64,000 bases of DNA. It comes from Neodothiora populina. Lineage: Eukaryota. This document shows positions 38,801 to 50,821 of this stretch, in pieces. The notes below the pieces were generated by a model that made no database searches, had not been told where the DNA came from, and saw nothing but the letters and a program-made list of their open reading frames with translations. A program made the position numbers and the translations under genes. The DNA lies in contig NW_027191413.1 of the NCBI RefSeq assembly GCF_041146345.1, positions 1,178,001-1,242,000 of the forward strand, given 5' to 3'. Position 1 is the first letter of the stretch. Each line of letters opens with the position of its first letter.

Positions 38801-39006
38801 AAAATCACGGCCATAAGTAAGTCTAGACTTGCTCATCAACCTCTTCTTGGGCCGCAACTCTTTCATATTCTTGTGCCGACACCTTGATATAAGGTGGCCT
38901 GATAACAGCATTGTCAGTGAGATGTACAAAAAATAGCAGTATATGCGCATCAAGAAGGAAGCGTTGCCGTGCCAAGGCTCTTGGACGATGGGTATGGTAC
39001 CTTTAC

Positions 39007-39818
39007 CTACTTCAAGTAGTTTCTCAATCCAACGATGGCTGCAGTACCCACTGCGAAGCCACCCAGCATCTTGCTCCAGCTGTCGTTTCCAATGGTCTTC
39101 TGGCCAACGCTGAGAGCGATCAAATCATAAACCAAGCAACCACCGAGGATCCAGTCGGATCCAGCAGCAAGTCCAGCAAAGCCCAAGCCAGTGATGACCT
39201 TAATGGCGGTGCTGGGGAGCTCGTCCTTGAAATATGCAACAGAAGTGTTGTGGACGAAATCCAGAACACCAATTCCGGCAAAGGTCTTAGCACTGATGTG
39301 GGTAAGGATGGATGGCCAGGAGTTTGTGTTCATGGGAGGCTGCTTGAAGAAGGTGAAGTATAGCTGACTCAGAGAATTGATCCAGACGAATACGTTAGAG
39401 GCTTCGAGCATTGACGCATTCCAGAAGAACATCCAGGCTGATACTTGATTAGTCTCTTTCTCTCACACACGAAGATGGGATTGCTAGACTGACTTCCGAT
39501 GCATATGTTGCCTAGAACATAGTAAGGTACAAATTGCACCATTTCATCGACATCTTTCTTTTCTTGAGCTGTAGCTTTCCCACTCTTGACCTTGCCACTG
39601 ATAGTCCATAGCTTGTAGAGCCATGCAACCTGGAAGAACTGTTGTGGAAAGAAAAAGCCGCCAATAAAGTATGGCTGGGGAGACCAGAAAGAGACGTTGG
39701 CATCATTGACATCTTTCATAGAGGGTGTACTGTTGAGGCCATATTGCTGCGCTGCAAAGTCATAGAGGAAAGAGGCTGGAGCTATCAGGCGTGCTGTGCT
39801 GTATGAGATACCCATCAT
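39007..39818 (-). CDS. Small multi-pass membrane protein of unknown function
   Basis: Two exons (39818-39494, 39437-39007) join in frame as LGNICIGT|WMFFWN. Several hydrophobic helices and coding-like composition. Confidence 0.82.
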
Positions 39819-40080
39819 GACCTGTGATTGTACAAGTTTGGGAACAGAGTGCGGGTATGTGGTAGATTAAGTAAGACTGAGGGATTGTGAAGTTGAATGT
39901 ACACTTCTGTTGTGGAAAGGAGCTGAAGGAAGTTGAAGACGATCATAACTAACACTCCCAACTCATAAAGACCTACTGTACCTTACATTCCTACACATAT
40001 CAACCTGAATTGTAGGCTAACCACAAAAGAGTGATGCCGTCAGCTAATTGTGCTTTGGAGATGACGTTTAGATCTGACTT

Positions 40081-40112
40081 GCGGAGATAAGGTGGAGATT
40101 CCGATCGTGGGG
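40081..40112. promoter_or_regulatory. Cluster of CreA/Mig1-type SYGGRG sites
   Basis: GCGGAG (40081), GTGGAG (40092) and GTGGGG (40107) within 32 bp, about 270 bp upstream of the 39818 ATG. Confidence 0.35.
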
Positions 40113-40721
40113 TCACCTCAGCTCTTTGTATATTTTTGAAGAGACCAAGTCAACTCGGAGATCGGCTCTTAGCAACTCCGTCTAGTACCTTGATCAGAGC
40201 AGGATACAAGTACAGACCTAAGATGCCTCTCTTCAAAGAGGCCTGCAACGAGTGTCCACACTTGGTTGGTATACAGCCAAAGATGCGTCTGAGTTATACC
40301 TTAGCTTCATCTGAAGTAATTGACGAATCCCAGCAAGATATATGGTCGAGTGGTGTGGCTGGATATGATCGTCGAAAGCAATTTGGCCTGCTTGAGCATC
40401 TCGATAATCAATTGAATTGTTCGACGGTAGATTGAAAGAGCGAGAAAGCAGGTACTTGGCACAGACAATGGAGATAGAGAAGAATGTGTGAAAAGAGACA
40501 TCTTTGTGTCCAAATTATTATGTATGTACAATTCCCCTCGTAAGGGGATATCGTTATAAACCACAACCAACCAATCCCAAAACAATTACCTAATCAATCC
40601 CAATATTTGTCGTTGTCATTGCAAGCAACATTAATGGTCATTCGCCATGCTCCATGCATTTTATACAAAAATCAATAAGGGGCGTGAAATATCAACATGG
40701 CCGTCTAATATGCTGCGTGCT

Positions 40722-42326
40722 CTATACCTGCTCCTTGGAAGGAACGCGGGAGACAGGCTTGCTCTCGCCACCGTGGAACATGCCGGTGGCCATGGCATCC
40801 TCGGGAACCTTGCTACCGTCCCACTTGGAGGAGGTGATGGGGTTGACGTGGAGGATGTACATGGTGTCAATCTCCTCAAGAGAGCGGTCCTTGGACTCGA
40901 TGACGAAGAAGTAGACGATCCAGAAGAGGGCGAAACAACATCCACCGAAGACAAGACCGTAGAGGTAGTCGATGTCGCCAACGATGAGCTGAGTGAAGAG
41001 GGAGATGAGGAAGTTCCAGCCCCAGTTGGAAGCAGTGGCAAGGGCCATGCAAGGAGCACGGTACTTGGCAGGGTAAAGCTCAGCAACAATGGTCCAGACG
41101 AGAGGACCCCAGGTAGTGGCGAAGGCAACAATGAAGAAGCAGGAGAATACGATGAGGACGTTTCCGGAGGTGTTGCTGGTCTTAGGGTCGATGAAGTGAC
41201 CGACGAAAGAGTAGATCATGAAACACATGAAGGACCAGGCGGCACCGTACATGAGAGCCTTTCTGCGGCCAACCTTGGCACTGACCCAGAGACCACCGAA
41301 CGTGCAGAAGACGTTGACGGAGTCCAGAATGATCTGAGTGACGTAAGAGTCCTTGAGACCAGTGGCGGCGAAGACAGTAGTTCCGTAGTAGAAGAAGAAG
41401 TTGGCACCGGTGAGTTGCTGACCAGCTTGGAGAGTTATACCGAGCATAGTACGGTAGAACATACGGGGGCCAGTGAAGATCTCGAAGATGCTAGTATCGA
41501 CAGCGGCGGATTCCTCCTCAAGCTTGACGCGAATGTCGTTGATTTGGTGGTTGACCTCGTCGTCGTCAGGGCTGATGCCAGCCAAGCGTGCAATGACAGC
41601 GCGAGCTTCGTCCTCACGACCCTTGCGGTATGCGTAACGAGGAGACTCCGGAAGGAAAAGCATACCACAACCGAGGATGACAGCCCAGATGAAGGAAAGA
41701 CCACTGGGGATTCTCCATTGCGCACTGTTGGTGTAGGCGTCGTGAGTACCATAGTCGACCATGGCACCAGTCCAAATACCAAGGGTGATGAAGAGTTGGT
41801 AGGAGGCGACGAGGACACCACGGATGGCCATTGGTGCAGACTCAGACTGGTACATAGGCACACAGACGGAGAGGGCACCGATACCAATACCACCAATACC
41901 ACGACCGACCGCGTACTGGGCCCAGTGTTGCGAGGAAGAGATCTCAATGATGGTGCCGATCATGCAGAAGAAGGCGGATACAGATACGGACATGCGGCGA
42001 CCGATCAGATCAGCCATCTTTCCGGCGATGATAGCGCCCACGAGGGCACCGGCGCAAAGGTTGGCAGTGATGGTACCTTGGCGAAGAGGAGGGAATGAGC
42101 AAGTGCCATCAGCGGCAGTAACACCGAAGCGAGCACAGTAGTCGCTCATTTGGAAGTAACCAGAGATCTGACCAGACTGATATCCGAACATGAAACCACC
42201 GATGGAGGCAACGAATCCCAGCAGCCAGGCGATGAAGGGAGCACTTTTTCTTACTGGGGCAGGAGCCCTTTCCACCGTAGTGGCATTTTGAGCATCATGC
42301 TCAGTTCTTTTATTCCAGAAAGGCAT
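40722..42326 (-). CDS. MFS sugar porter, hexose transporter-like
   Basis: Intronless ORF from MPFWNK (ATG 42326). Motifs GGFMFGY, ADLIGRR, VPMYQSESAP..IRG, LPESPRY, QQLTGANFFFYYG, AELYP and ESKDRSLEEID. Confidence 0.95.
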   Translation of the reverse strand: MPFWNKRTEHDAQNATTVERAPAPVRKSAPFIAWLLGFVASIGGFMFGYQSGQISGYFQMSDYCARFGVTAADGTCSFPPLRQGTITANLCAGALVGAIIAGKMADLIGRRMSVSVSAFFCMIGTIIEISSSQHWAQYAVGRGIGGIGIGALSVCVPMYQSESAPMAIRGVLVASYQLFITLGIWTGAMVDYGTHDAYTNSAQWRIPSGLSFIWAVILGCGMLFLPESPRYAYRKGREDEARAVIARLAGISPDDDEVNHQINDIRVKLEEESAAVDTSIFEIFTGPRMFYRTMLGITLQAGQQLTGANFFFYYGTTVFAATGLKDSYVTQIILDSVNVFCTFGGLWVSAKVGRRKALMYGAAWSFMCFMIYSFVGHFIDPKTSNTSGNVLIVFSCFFIVAFATTWGPLVWTIVAELYPAKYRAPCMALATASNWGWNFLISLFTQLIVGDIDYLYGLVFGGCCFALFWIVYFFVIESKDRSLEEIDTMYILHVNPITSSKWDGSKVPEDAMATGMFHGGESKPVSRVPSKEQV

Positions 42327-42371
42327 ATTGCCGTTTACTGTTGAGTGTGAACGATGTGTAGTAAAGATGTA

Positions 42372-42404
42372 TTGTTGTTGTTGTTGTTGTTGTTGATGAT
42401 GATG
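42372..42404. repeat. (TTG)8(ATG)3 microsatellite in the transporter 5' leader
   Basis: Directly visible, about 46-78 nt upstream of the ATG. Confidence 0.88.
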
Positions 42405-45400
42405 TATCAAAAGATGATGGGGAGGTAACAGAAGGAGATGGGGCAGGCCTATTTAACAAAAGTTGACTTCTGTGTGGGACAGGGCAATGCGGCACAAACG
42501 GGGTTGTCCTTTGGGGCCTCCGGGTATGGAGCTCCTGGAACTGGGTGATCCGCGTGGGAGAGATGTGGCACGCTGTGGGTGATGTGGGCCCAGGACGAGT
42601 GATGCTGGGGCGAGGCTGCTGATGCACGAAGCACCCGGAGGTCTGATGACCCAAACCGACGTTCCTGGAGATATTCTTCGATGCTGAGCACATACTGTAT
42701 GGGTCCCACGCCACTTAGTCTCTAACGTCGGCATGCTAGCCGAAAAAAAAGCTGTAAAAGCGCAAGGTTTGGAACGGTCTGGTATGCTCTCGCTGTCCGA
42801 GCACGAGACGGGCCAACATTGGCTCGTCTCCTCATCGAGTAACATCGGCAGGCCTAACATCAGACTCCCGAATTTCCAATAGTGGACCGACAGACCGGCA
42901 GCATCATCGGGATTGTAAGTCGGGACGGGTCGCCCGAAAGACGTTGGAACAGCATATTTTCTATCATGGGTTACATCAGAGCCTTTCGGTCATGCCATCA
43001 GCTTCATCAGGAGACATTTTTCCAAGCCTAGGTAATTACCGGGGTTCAAGACAACCTCAAAGAATTGAAAGATGACTTGAAGAGTTCTCTCTTCTTGACT
43101 GTTGCAGTATAATTCATGTTGTGATGCTTCGATGCATGCCTCTAGATCCGCCCAGCCCAGTGAGCGTATTGCGCGTAACTTCTCAAGACGCTCGCACTGT
43201 TCAATAGACGTCGTTCAATGGTAAAATTAATGATGCGGCCGACATGAGACGACGTAAAAACTAGCGTAAGGTTGGCCGTAGGCAAGCATAGCGAGTTGCA
43301 GACTGCTTAGCTGGTAGCTCGCGCGCTAAGCGGATCTAAGTCTACGCAGCTAGACCGGATCTGGTATAAGTATTCGGGCCGAAGCATGTCAGAGATCTTC
43401 CCACAGCAGCCCTGGCGGCTTGAGGCTGCGGCAACTACTTTACTGCTATACGGATATTCTGGTTATTGTCCAGCAGCATTCAGGCTATTGTCGAGGTATT
43501 TTGGTATAGAGAAGCATATAACTTTACTACAACGACAGCTCTTCTATCTGATATACAGGACACAGGAAGCCTTGCTGCAGTACCTTCGCCATCGAAATCC
43601 TCTCGCATCGTGGAGATGCATGTCGATTGTGGAGGTGAATCGCCGACATACCGGGAAAGGACCGAATTGTTGAGGTTGCATCGCTCGCACTTCGGTTCTC
43701 CATCCCAACCCTCATTCTGGAGAGTTGGTCACGGCAATTCTTTGGAGAGAACAAGTACGAAAAGCACTGATACGGATTTACTGGGGCGGTCTCCATCCGT
43801 ACTGCCGTTCTTGGCCGCTCTGTACTCGCCCCATGTTGCCCCCTATTTTAGTGCAGTCGACATAATGTGTTTGTTATGATAGCATGGGATGAGCTTCGAC
43901 AAGGCCTGAACAACGCTTCGAAAGATATCGCTACGTTCCGGCTAAACCTAAGAGGAGCATGGCATGGTCAGGTGCCAACATCTGACGTTTGACAGATACA
44001 AAGCCATCTCGCCTGGATCCCGGCACGTGTGCCCTAGTCGTGTGAAAATTTCTTTCCACTCGGCAGGGAGGCCGAAAACCTCCTTTCTGTTCGTCTATAG
44101 GGTTTCAAGGGCTGAACCCGCACAATCCCCAGACCTAGCAAAGTCGTACCTGTATCAAGTTTGCCAGTACTCCGCCAGCCCGCAAAAGCCGCGCAAGAAA
44201 AGGTGGGTCTATCCTCGCCTAGATACCTTACCTGATCATCCATATACCGTGGCATGACGCTCTTGTGGGCCAAAATTTGTATTCGCCTGTCATAACGCTC
44301 GGGTATAACCGCCATCGCAAATTTTTACCTTTACCTTGGCTTCTTCGAGAAGATATTTGTATAATAATGCATAGCAGGCACGACAGTATGGCATACAATA
44401 CGTTAGACCGTAGATTCGGAGTAACCATTCGCCGCATCCAGTCTACCGTGCTTTCGATCTACAAATGACTCGCATGATCATAATCATGGTGTGTCAGGCC
44501 ACGACTTGTCCGCTCATCCTTGCATGTTGATTTATAGTGCAACCCTGGGTTTTGCGAAGGTCGGAGATCAGGTAATCGCCTTGCCGTACTGTACAGTACA
44601 GTGCAGTGCGGCAACTAACCTCGTGTACAGCCACATGGACTCTCTTCCACAAGAACTCCCAAGTCCGATCAAAATGACTGGTTCCATGAAGAGCTGTCGC
44701 GTTCGACAGTATCAGAACATCACATTGCCCCAGTAACACAGAAACGTTATGCTGAAATTAGAATGAACCAAAGCAAAGCATCATGGTCTCTGCCGATCTA
44801 GCAGTATACAGTAGTACAACAGTACAATCGCAAGATTGGCTGTTTGTGGATCCTCTGAGATTTTACAAGTTACAAAGCATTATTGTTTGCGATCATATTA
44901 TTGTCGGTCACGAACATCGTACAGCATTACGACTGAATAGCTTCAGCTGCGATACTTTGCATATGGATCATATGAGACCTGTTGCTAGATCTAGACTCAT
45001 TCACTACTACCTTGGAGATGCATTCTGGTCCGGCTTAGCCAATTCTGTTCCTTCACAACACAGACTGGAATGAATTATGCGGTCAGCATCATCTAACACA
45101 GAGAAGATGAAACCAGAGCACCAATAGCCGATCTTGGGAGATTCGATTGCCAGCGGTGTCTGTGGGGATGACATGTGAGTCCGTGGTCGATTCCATACAA
45201 AACCCGCAAGACATGCAAATTTGAAGTTTCGCCCGGACGAAACCCCATCTCCATGTCACTTCCTCCATCATTTCACCCACCTTTCCCGGTCTTACTCCTC
45301 TACAGTGCCATCATAGGGTGGGGATAAGTGGTGAAGCGTACTGTGCACGTTTATCCCGCATAACCAAGACCCATAACGCTACAACGGCCCTCTCGCGGTC

Positions 45401-48400
45401 AAATTACAAGAACGCAGACGGGGTAAACCCATGTTTCGTTGACCCCCGAAGGAAGACCGAATATGCAGATGTAAGACTCGATCTGCTTCTCCGGATACAG
45501 CACACGCAAACGGTAGAAACCATGGGGCAAGTAATGCGGGCGTGTTTTCACCAAGGTTGGTGAAACTTCGCTTCCGGTCGTGTGGTGATTACTCCATCGA
45601 TGACTTCGATGCGAAGACTGCTCATGACTCTAGCTTTTCTCTCCACTTCGATTGCTGCATTGCATCCACCCTTGTTCCTTCTGTATAACCACCATCCAAT
45701 TTATTCAGATGTTCGATCGATAGAACGAAACAGCCACGGCGTCATAACAGCGGAAAGGATGCAGTATCAGGGGTAATCAGTCACGATATCGACGTGAAAA
45801 AGGAGAAGACTGTACGGAGTACTCTGTGTTCTTGTCGTGTACGGAGTCCTCCGAATCGCCGCCCTCCCCAGTATGTACAGTATGGAATGCTGTGTACAGG
45901 ATCACAGGATTATGAATTGAAGCTTTGAGCGCGTGCAAACTGCTCGAGGAGGTCGCGTGGCGAGCTGTGGTCATGGCCCCGGTATATCTTATATCCGCAT
46001 ATCCGTCTTGATTTGGTTAGGGATCGAGCGGATTGTTGTGCGCCGACGTGGTCTTGCCCTGCGGCCCTCAGCCATGCGTACTGCCTGTCTTTTGCAGCCT
46101 CCGCTCGCTCGCTGTGTTGCGGAGGAATAATATCCTTGGACTGCTGAGGTCTGGAAGGGCCTCTTCTATCCATGAAGGTCGCAGTGCGAAACTGCTATGT
46201 TTGACTGACATAATAAATCCTTCCACAACCAGAGCATCTCGGATCGTGCCATGTACAGCTTCGAGTGGAACAGTGGTACTAGAAATGCTCCTAGGTTGAA
46301 TTATCCTGAAGAGAACACGTTATCATAATCTTATGAAACTTCAGCGCGGTGTCACTAGTAGACGATCTGAGAAACGACCAATACTGTCCACGACAGGTGC
46401 ATCCTTGACATCCTATATATTGTGCATGTCATGTTTCACGTGGTAACTTAATCGCATGTGTTGCAGTAATTGCCAGATTCACACAACCTCTACCAGTATC
46501 TCTACCAACAACATACCATATGCAATTGTGCCACATCCAATGTAGCAACACTCAGTACATACAACAGTGCTTGGTCTCCGACGAATTGGCGATCACAAGC
46601 TACGGCAAGTCAGCGACTCAACACAACGAGTCATTGATCGAAAGCCCGTCCCGACCAACGACTCGACCAGAGCACCACCTCAAGGCATTCATTGCTACAA
46701 CACATCCCATCCGACGCGCGCACGACATAAGCACCAAACCCAGGTTGCAAGACAAACCCCCTGTGACATTGCTTACAGACAAGTCACGCGCCGGTCACGC
46801 ACGCACCGCATCGACACACAGCGAGCGAGCGAGAGCGAACGTCTCCGACGGATCGATGAACACACACGAAAGAGAGTTTCCAACAGAGTTACATACGGTG
46901 CGGGCAAACCCCCGGGGGAAAGCAAGAGCAAGAGGGAAAAAAATCATCATACTCCGTACCTAGCAAAAGCACAGAAGCCAAGAAAAGACAAATCCATGCG
47001 TGTCTGTCGTCTTTCCTCTCCGTTCTTTCTCCTCGTTCCGAGCCAGGCACGGCCTGCTCCGTGCATTGTAGAGTTGCGCCCTGACTCGCCCGCCTGGGTA
47101 ATTGTGCTGTGCTGTGCTGTGACTTTGTAGCCGTCTCTGTATATAGTAGAAAGGCAGACTTTTATAACAATTCTCCGACAGCGTCTCGTGTTCGGACTGC
47201 GAACGAATGTGGATCGGACTTGCTGTCGCGAAACCTTGTTGTCTTTTCGTCTTGGTATGATGCTGCCGTTTTCCTCTGTTTTCTTCGAGCCTCCACGCAT
47301 ACATGTGGTGGGGCACTAGACTTACTGTACAATTTTCCTGATGCTCACTCACGCACACGCGCGCATAGACAATGTCAGTGTCGCAGGTACAGAGTGGCTC
47401 TTACGTCCACAGGTCACCTCTAGTCGAACTTGTCTTAAGCTAAGGATCGCCGAGCGAGGTGTGACGTACAAAGTACTGTACCTTTTACTTTAGCAGAGCT
47501 GCGTCGCTTCGAGTGCCCTGACTTTCCGTGGTGTTATACGTATACTATGGATCCTTGACTTTTTTTCCTTTCTAGAACGAAAGACTTTTCTTCCCTCTCT
47601 CGGTTCTCCATTTTCGCGTGGACGCCACGCTTTCGGAATAGTACTTCACGGCTTGTACAGCACAGTATGGAAGAGTCAGACGGGGCAGGATGGGGGTTGG
47701 AAGATGGGGGGTGTGCTCTGCACTGTGCTGTACATGCTATGATGGATTTGCCGCTTTTGGTAAGAAAGGCAGTATACCTGTATATGCGCCATTCGCTTGT
47801 GTACTGTATGTTTCAGGTATTATTGTTCGCATAGTGCGCACATGTCATGTCGGTGACAACACGCACTTTTTCTTCAGGACCTACGTTTCAATGCTCTCGG
47901 CTTCAGTGTCTTCAGCGTGGTGCATACTGTATTGCGAGTCTATTGCACAGTTTCCATATCATGACAAGAGTAGAGTTTGATTTGTAGAGAGAAACAAGAG
48001 GAGAATGAGCATCTACATGTCTTGGACGGTTTGCTCCTATGGCCAATTGCGGGACTTACACCACGTACACAATTCGCGTTGAGGACAATCTAAGGTTTGC
48101 GCAGGAATACTGCTTTTTCACATGAGCGAATGGTGAACTCTCGCCTATTCGAATGTTTCTGTTATTCTTCGATTCGATGCACACTAGAGCGTTTCACAAT
48201 AGGATATTATGATAGCAACAAGAAGAAGATAGACGCAATAGCGACGAATGGCATAGCTAGGATGAATTTTCCCGTCTAGTCAAGTGCTGCTGCTGAACAG
48301 CACCCATCACCTGACGCTAGCTCACCGGGGCCTCGCCATGCTACCAGTATAACCATGCATACCGACGTACTCAATGTATCCATTCTCTTCCGGCTTGAAA

Positions 48401-48852
48401 GGATCGATATCAATCCATGTTCTGGATCTTCGACAAGCAGAGCAAGCATAGTTCCCGCCCTGCCCGGTGTCGATCCTTGGTCCGATGAACATGCCATGCT
48501 CGTAGCCTGACCTGATCTGATGTAGATTGGGATCTCACGACCGGGCTTGGCCTTTTCGTGGTGTGATGTGGGCCGCTTGGCGAGGTATACCGGGCTCTCT
48601 GTCTGGTAAGAGAAAGGACTTGGTCTAGGCTGCAAGATGGAGCAGAAGAAGAAACCAGATCGTATCCTTGACCAATCAATGTTGCACCTGTTCCCTTTTC
48701 CTCGAAGTCCTGAACACGTGGGGAAGAGGGTTGGGCAACTGGCTGTGTCCCTCAAAGGGGTCTGGCACCTTTTCGCTCTCCTGATCCACACGGTCGCATG
48801 ATATGTGTCCATAGACGCGCCTCACGCCATCACTAGTCGTTGTGAGCGGCGA

Positions 48853-50536
48853 CTATCGAAGTGCCGGATTGATCAGCACCGCTTTTTCCCGGTCTTGTTC
48901 CTGCCCCTGAGAGAGCTGCGCAATGTCCTTGACGAAAGCATTGACGGCCCAGAACGAGCCGGAGAAGTCCATGTCGTACCTTGATGTGCACACCAGCCGT
49001 TAGCACCACGCTGCGCTGCCGAGGATGGGTAGCACTATCTGCCTTTGCACATGTCGCGCATCAATGTAACAATAGGTGTAGCGTAAACATGGTAATCAGG
49101 TGAACCGGAAAAATGCTACTCACCAGTAGTTGACAGCACAACAGAAGCCTTCCTGACCACAGCTCTGGCTGACCTTATGATACCACAAAGCAGGAAGATA
49201 GAGTAAATCGCCCTCGTTCAGCGTCACCTTCATTGGCCGCACATGTTCCGAGTAGGGAGTGCCACTTTGACCAGGGACATCCGGGTCCCAGAGCGCCCAT
49301 CTGACCAACTCTCCCTCTTCTCCCTCGCCATCCAGTCTCGCTTCTAGATCCCCAGTCTTGATCTCTGCCAGACCAGTGTCATCTCGTAACCTCGCCGCCT
49401 CCTCAGTCAGCACATAAGTCCTACTCGGCAGCGCCTGTTCATTAACAGCCACCGACGCCACAGGAGGTAGCAACACGAAATGCTTCCGCCCTCTGACCTG
49501 CGCGTAGATGTTCTCGTAGTTGTCGCGGTGCAGAGACGTCACCGAGCGCGCGTTGCCGAGCCAGAAGTTGATCGCTTCGGGGGCGCGTTGCAGCGCGATG
49601 CGTGCGAAGGGGGGACCTTTTTCGGGGACGTCTGTGAAGAGGGAGGCGTATTCGTTACGGAGGTTGTCGTTTTCTGTATGTGGTGATGACGTGTGAGATT
49701 CGTTTTCTGTTTTGTATCCTTTTCATATCGCGCGTGCGCCTTGTGATTGCTTTGATTTCTTGTGGCGAAAATGGCGAGTTGAATAAAGTATGTCGATAGC
49801 ACATATACGATATGCTCCAACGGGAAAGAAGAAGAAAATAGTCGGAAATTTCAACTTACGAGTCTGCCCATACTTGACAGGACCATGATCATCATGAGAC
49901 ATGGACTGATTCTGGATATACGAAATCAAGTCACGAAACTTTTCGGTTTGCTCATACGGTTTGACAAAGGAAAGGGAGCCGTCTCGCTCGGTCAATATCG
50001 AGTCTGCATTTCTTTTTTGACGTCTTTGTATTACTATTTGATTCTATACGTGGGATTTTGTGGACACGAGCAAAGACAATAAGATGAAGTGGGAAAGAAT
50101 GGTATATTGTTCTCTGCAAAGTCTTGCTTGCTCAAGAAAAAAGCGTCAAGAATTCCTTCTGAAGGACCACCTCGTTTTCAGAATAGAAACACATCAGAAA
50201 GGAAGAATTAAGAACCGAGAGCATTGCAGTGACAGAAAAGAAAGGGAAAAGAAAGACCTACCCAAACGGCGTAACAGAAACATTGACATCACACTCGCCG
50301 ACCACATCAGTCAGATAGGCAGCACCCCAGTCCCTGTATGCTTTGAAAGACTCTGCTCCACCCCGAATGATGAGCGGTCGATTGCGAGCCACGTACTGCA
50401 TGAACTCCAGCGGACTGGGTTCTTCGTGGATCTCGTCGGCCACATTTGGATTCAGGTCTTGATATGTCGAGAGGAGATCGAGGAGGGCTGTGTTCAGGGT
50501 CTGGGGACTTGAGTCTGAGCCTTCTGGTTGCGACAT
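48853..50536 (-). CDS. JmjC/cupin-8 domain protein (JMJD7-like 2-oxoglutarate/Fe oxygenase)
   Basis: Exons 50536-50262, 50011-49860, 49673-49124, 48979-48853. Motifs PSPLEFMQYVARNRP, VTPFGNADS, QTQNDNLRNEY, TSLHRDNYENIY (HxD), LYLPALWYHKV (H), AVNYWYDMDF. Confidence 0.92.
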
Positions 50537-50821
50537 TGTTGGTTGAGAAGGTGGTACAGTCTTCTCCGTTCTATTGTGTTGTATGCGTGACAATCCCCGT
50601 TGATGTAGAGAAATTGTGGGTGGTGTATATAAAAGTCGACTGGTGATCTGGAGAGAGACATGTCTTGGCGTGCGGAATGTCGCCGTTGTACAACGTCCAT
50701 GTTGTACAATTGCTGTACATGCATGATTTCTTCCAGTTCATGATACCACATTGACTATTGTTGGTCGATTCGCATCTTGACTGGAAATACACGAATACCA
50801 AGGCATATCACACTCACACAG

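Noticed and set aside
40647..42098. 483-aa + strand ORF
   Set aside because: Antisense to a codon-biased hexose transporter and has no recognisable motifs.
42327..42410. Poly-Q/His N-terminal extension of the transporter
   Set aside because: Derives from a 5'-leader microsatellite and a non-ATG start. The real ATG is at 42326.
46520..47423. Several 100-190-aa ORFs on both strands
   Set aside because: Low-complexity regulatory-looking DNA with mutually overlapping ORFs and no recognisable domain.
48276..48812. 178-aa minus-strand ORF just after the JmjC gene
   Set aside because: No motifs or coding-like composition; probably 3' UTR or intergenic.
14467..50536. Functional link between the GTPBP1-like GTPase and the JMJD7-like hydroxylase
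   Set aside because: Human JMJD7 acts on DRG-family GTPases rather than GTPBP1, and the genes are over 30 kb apart with unrelated genes between.
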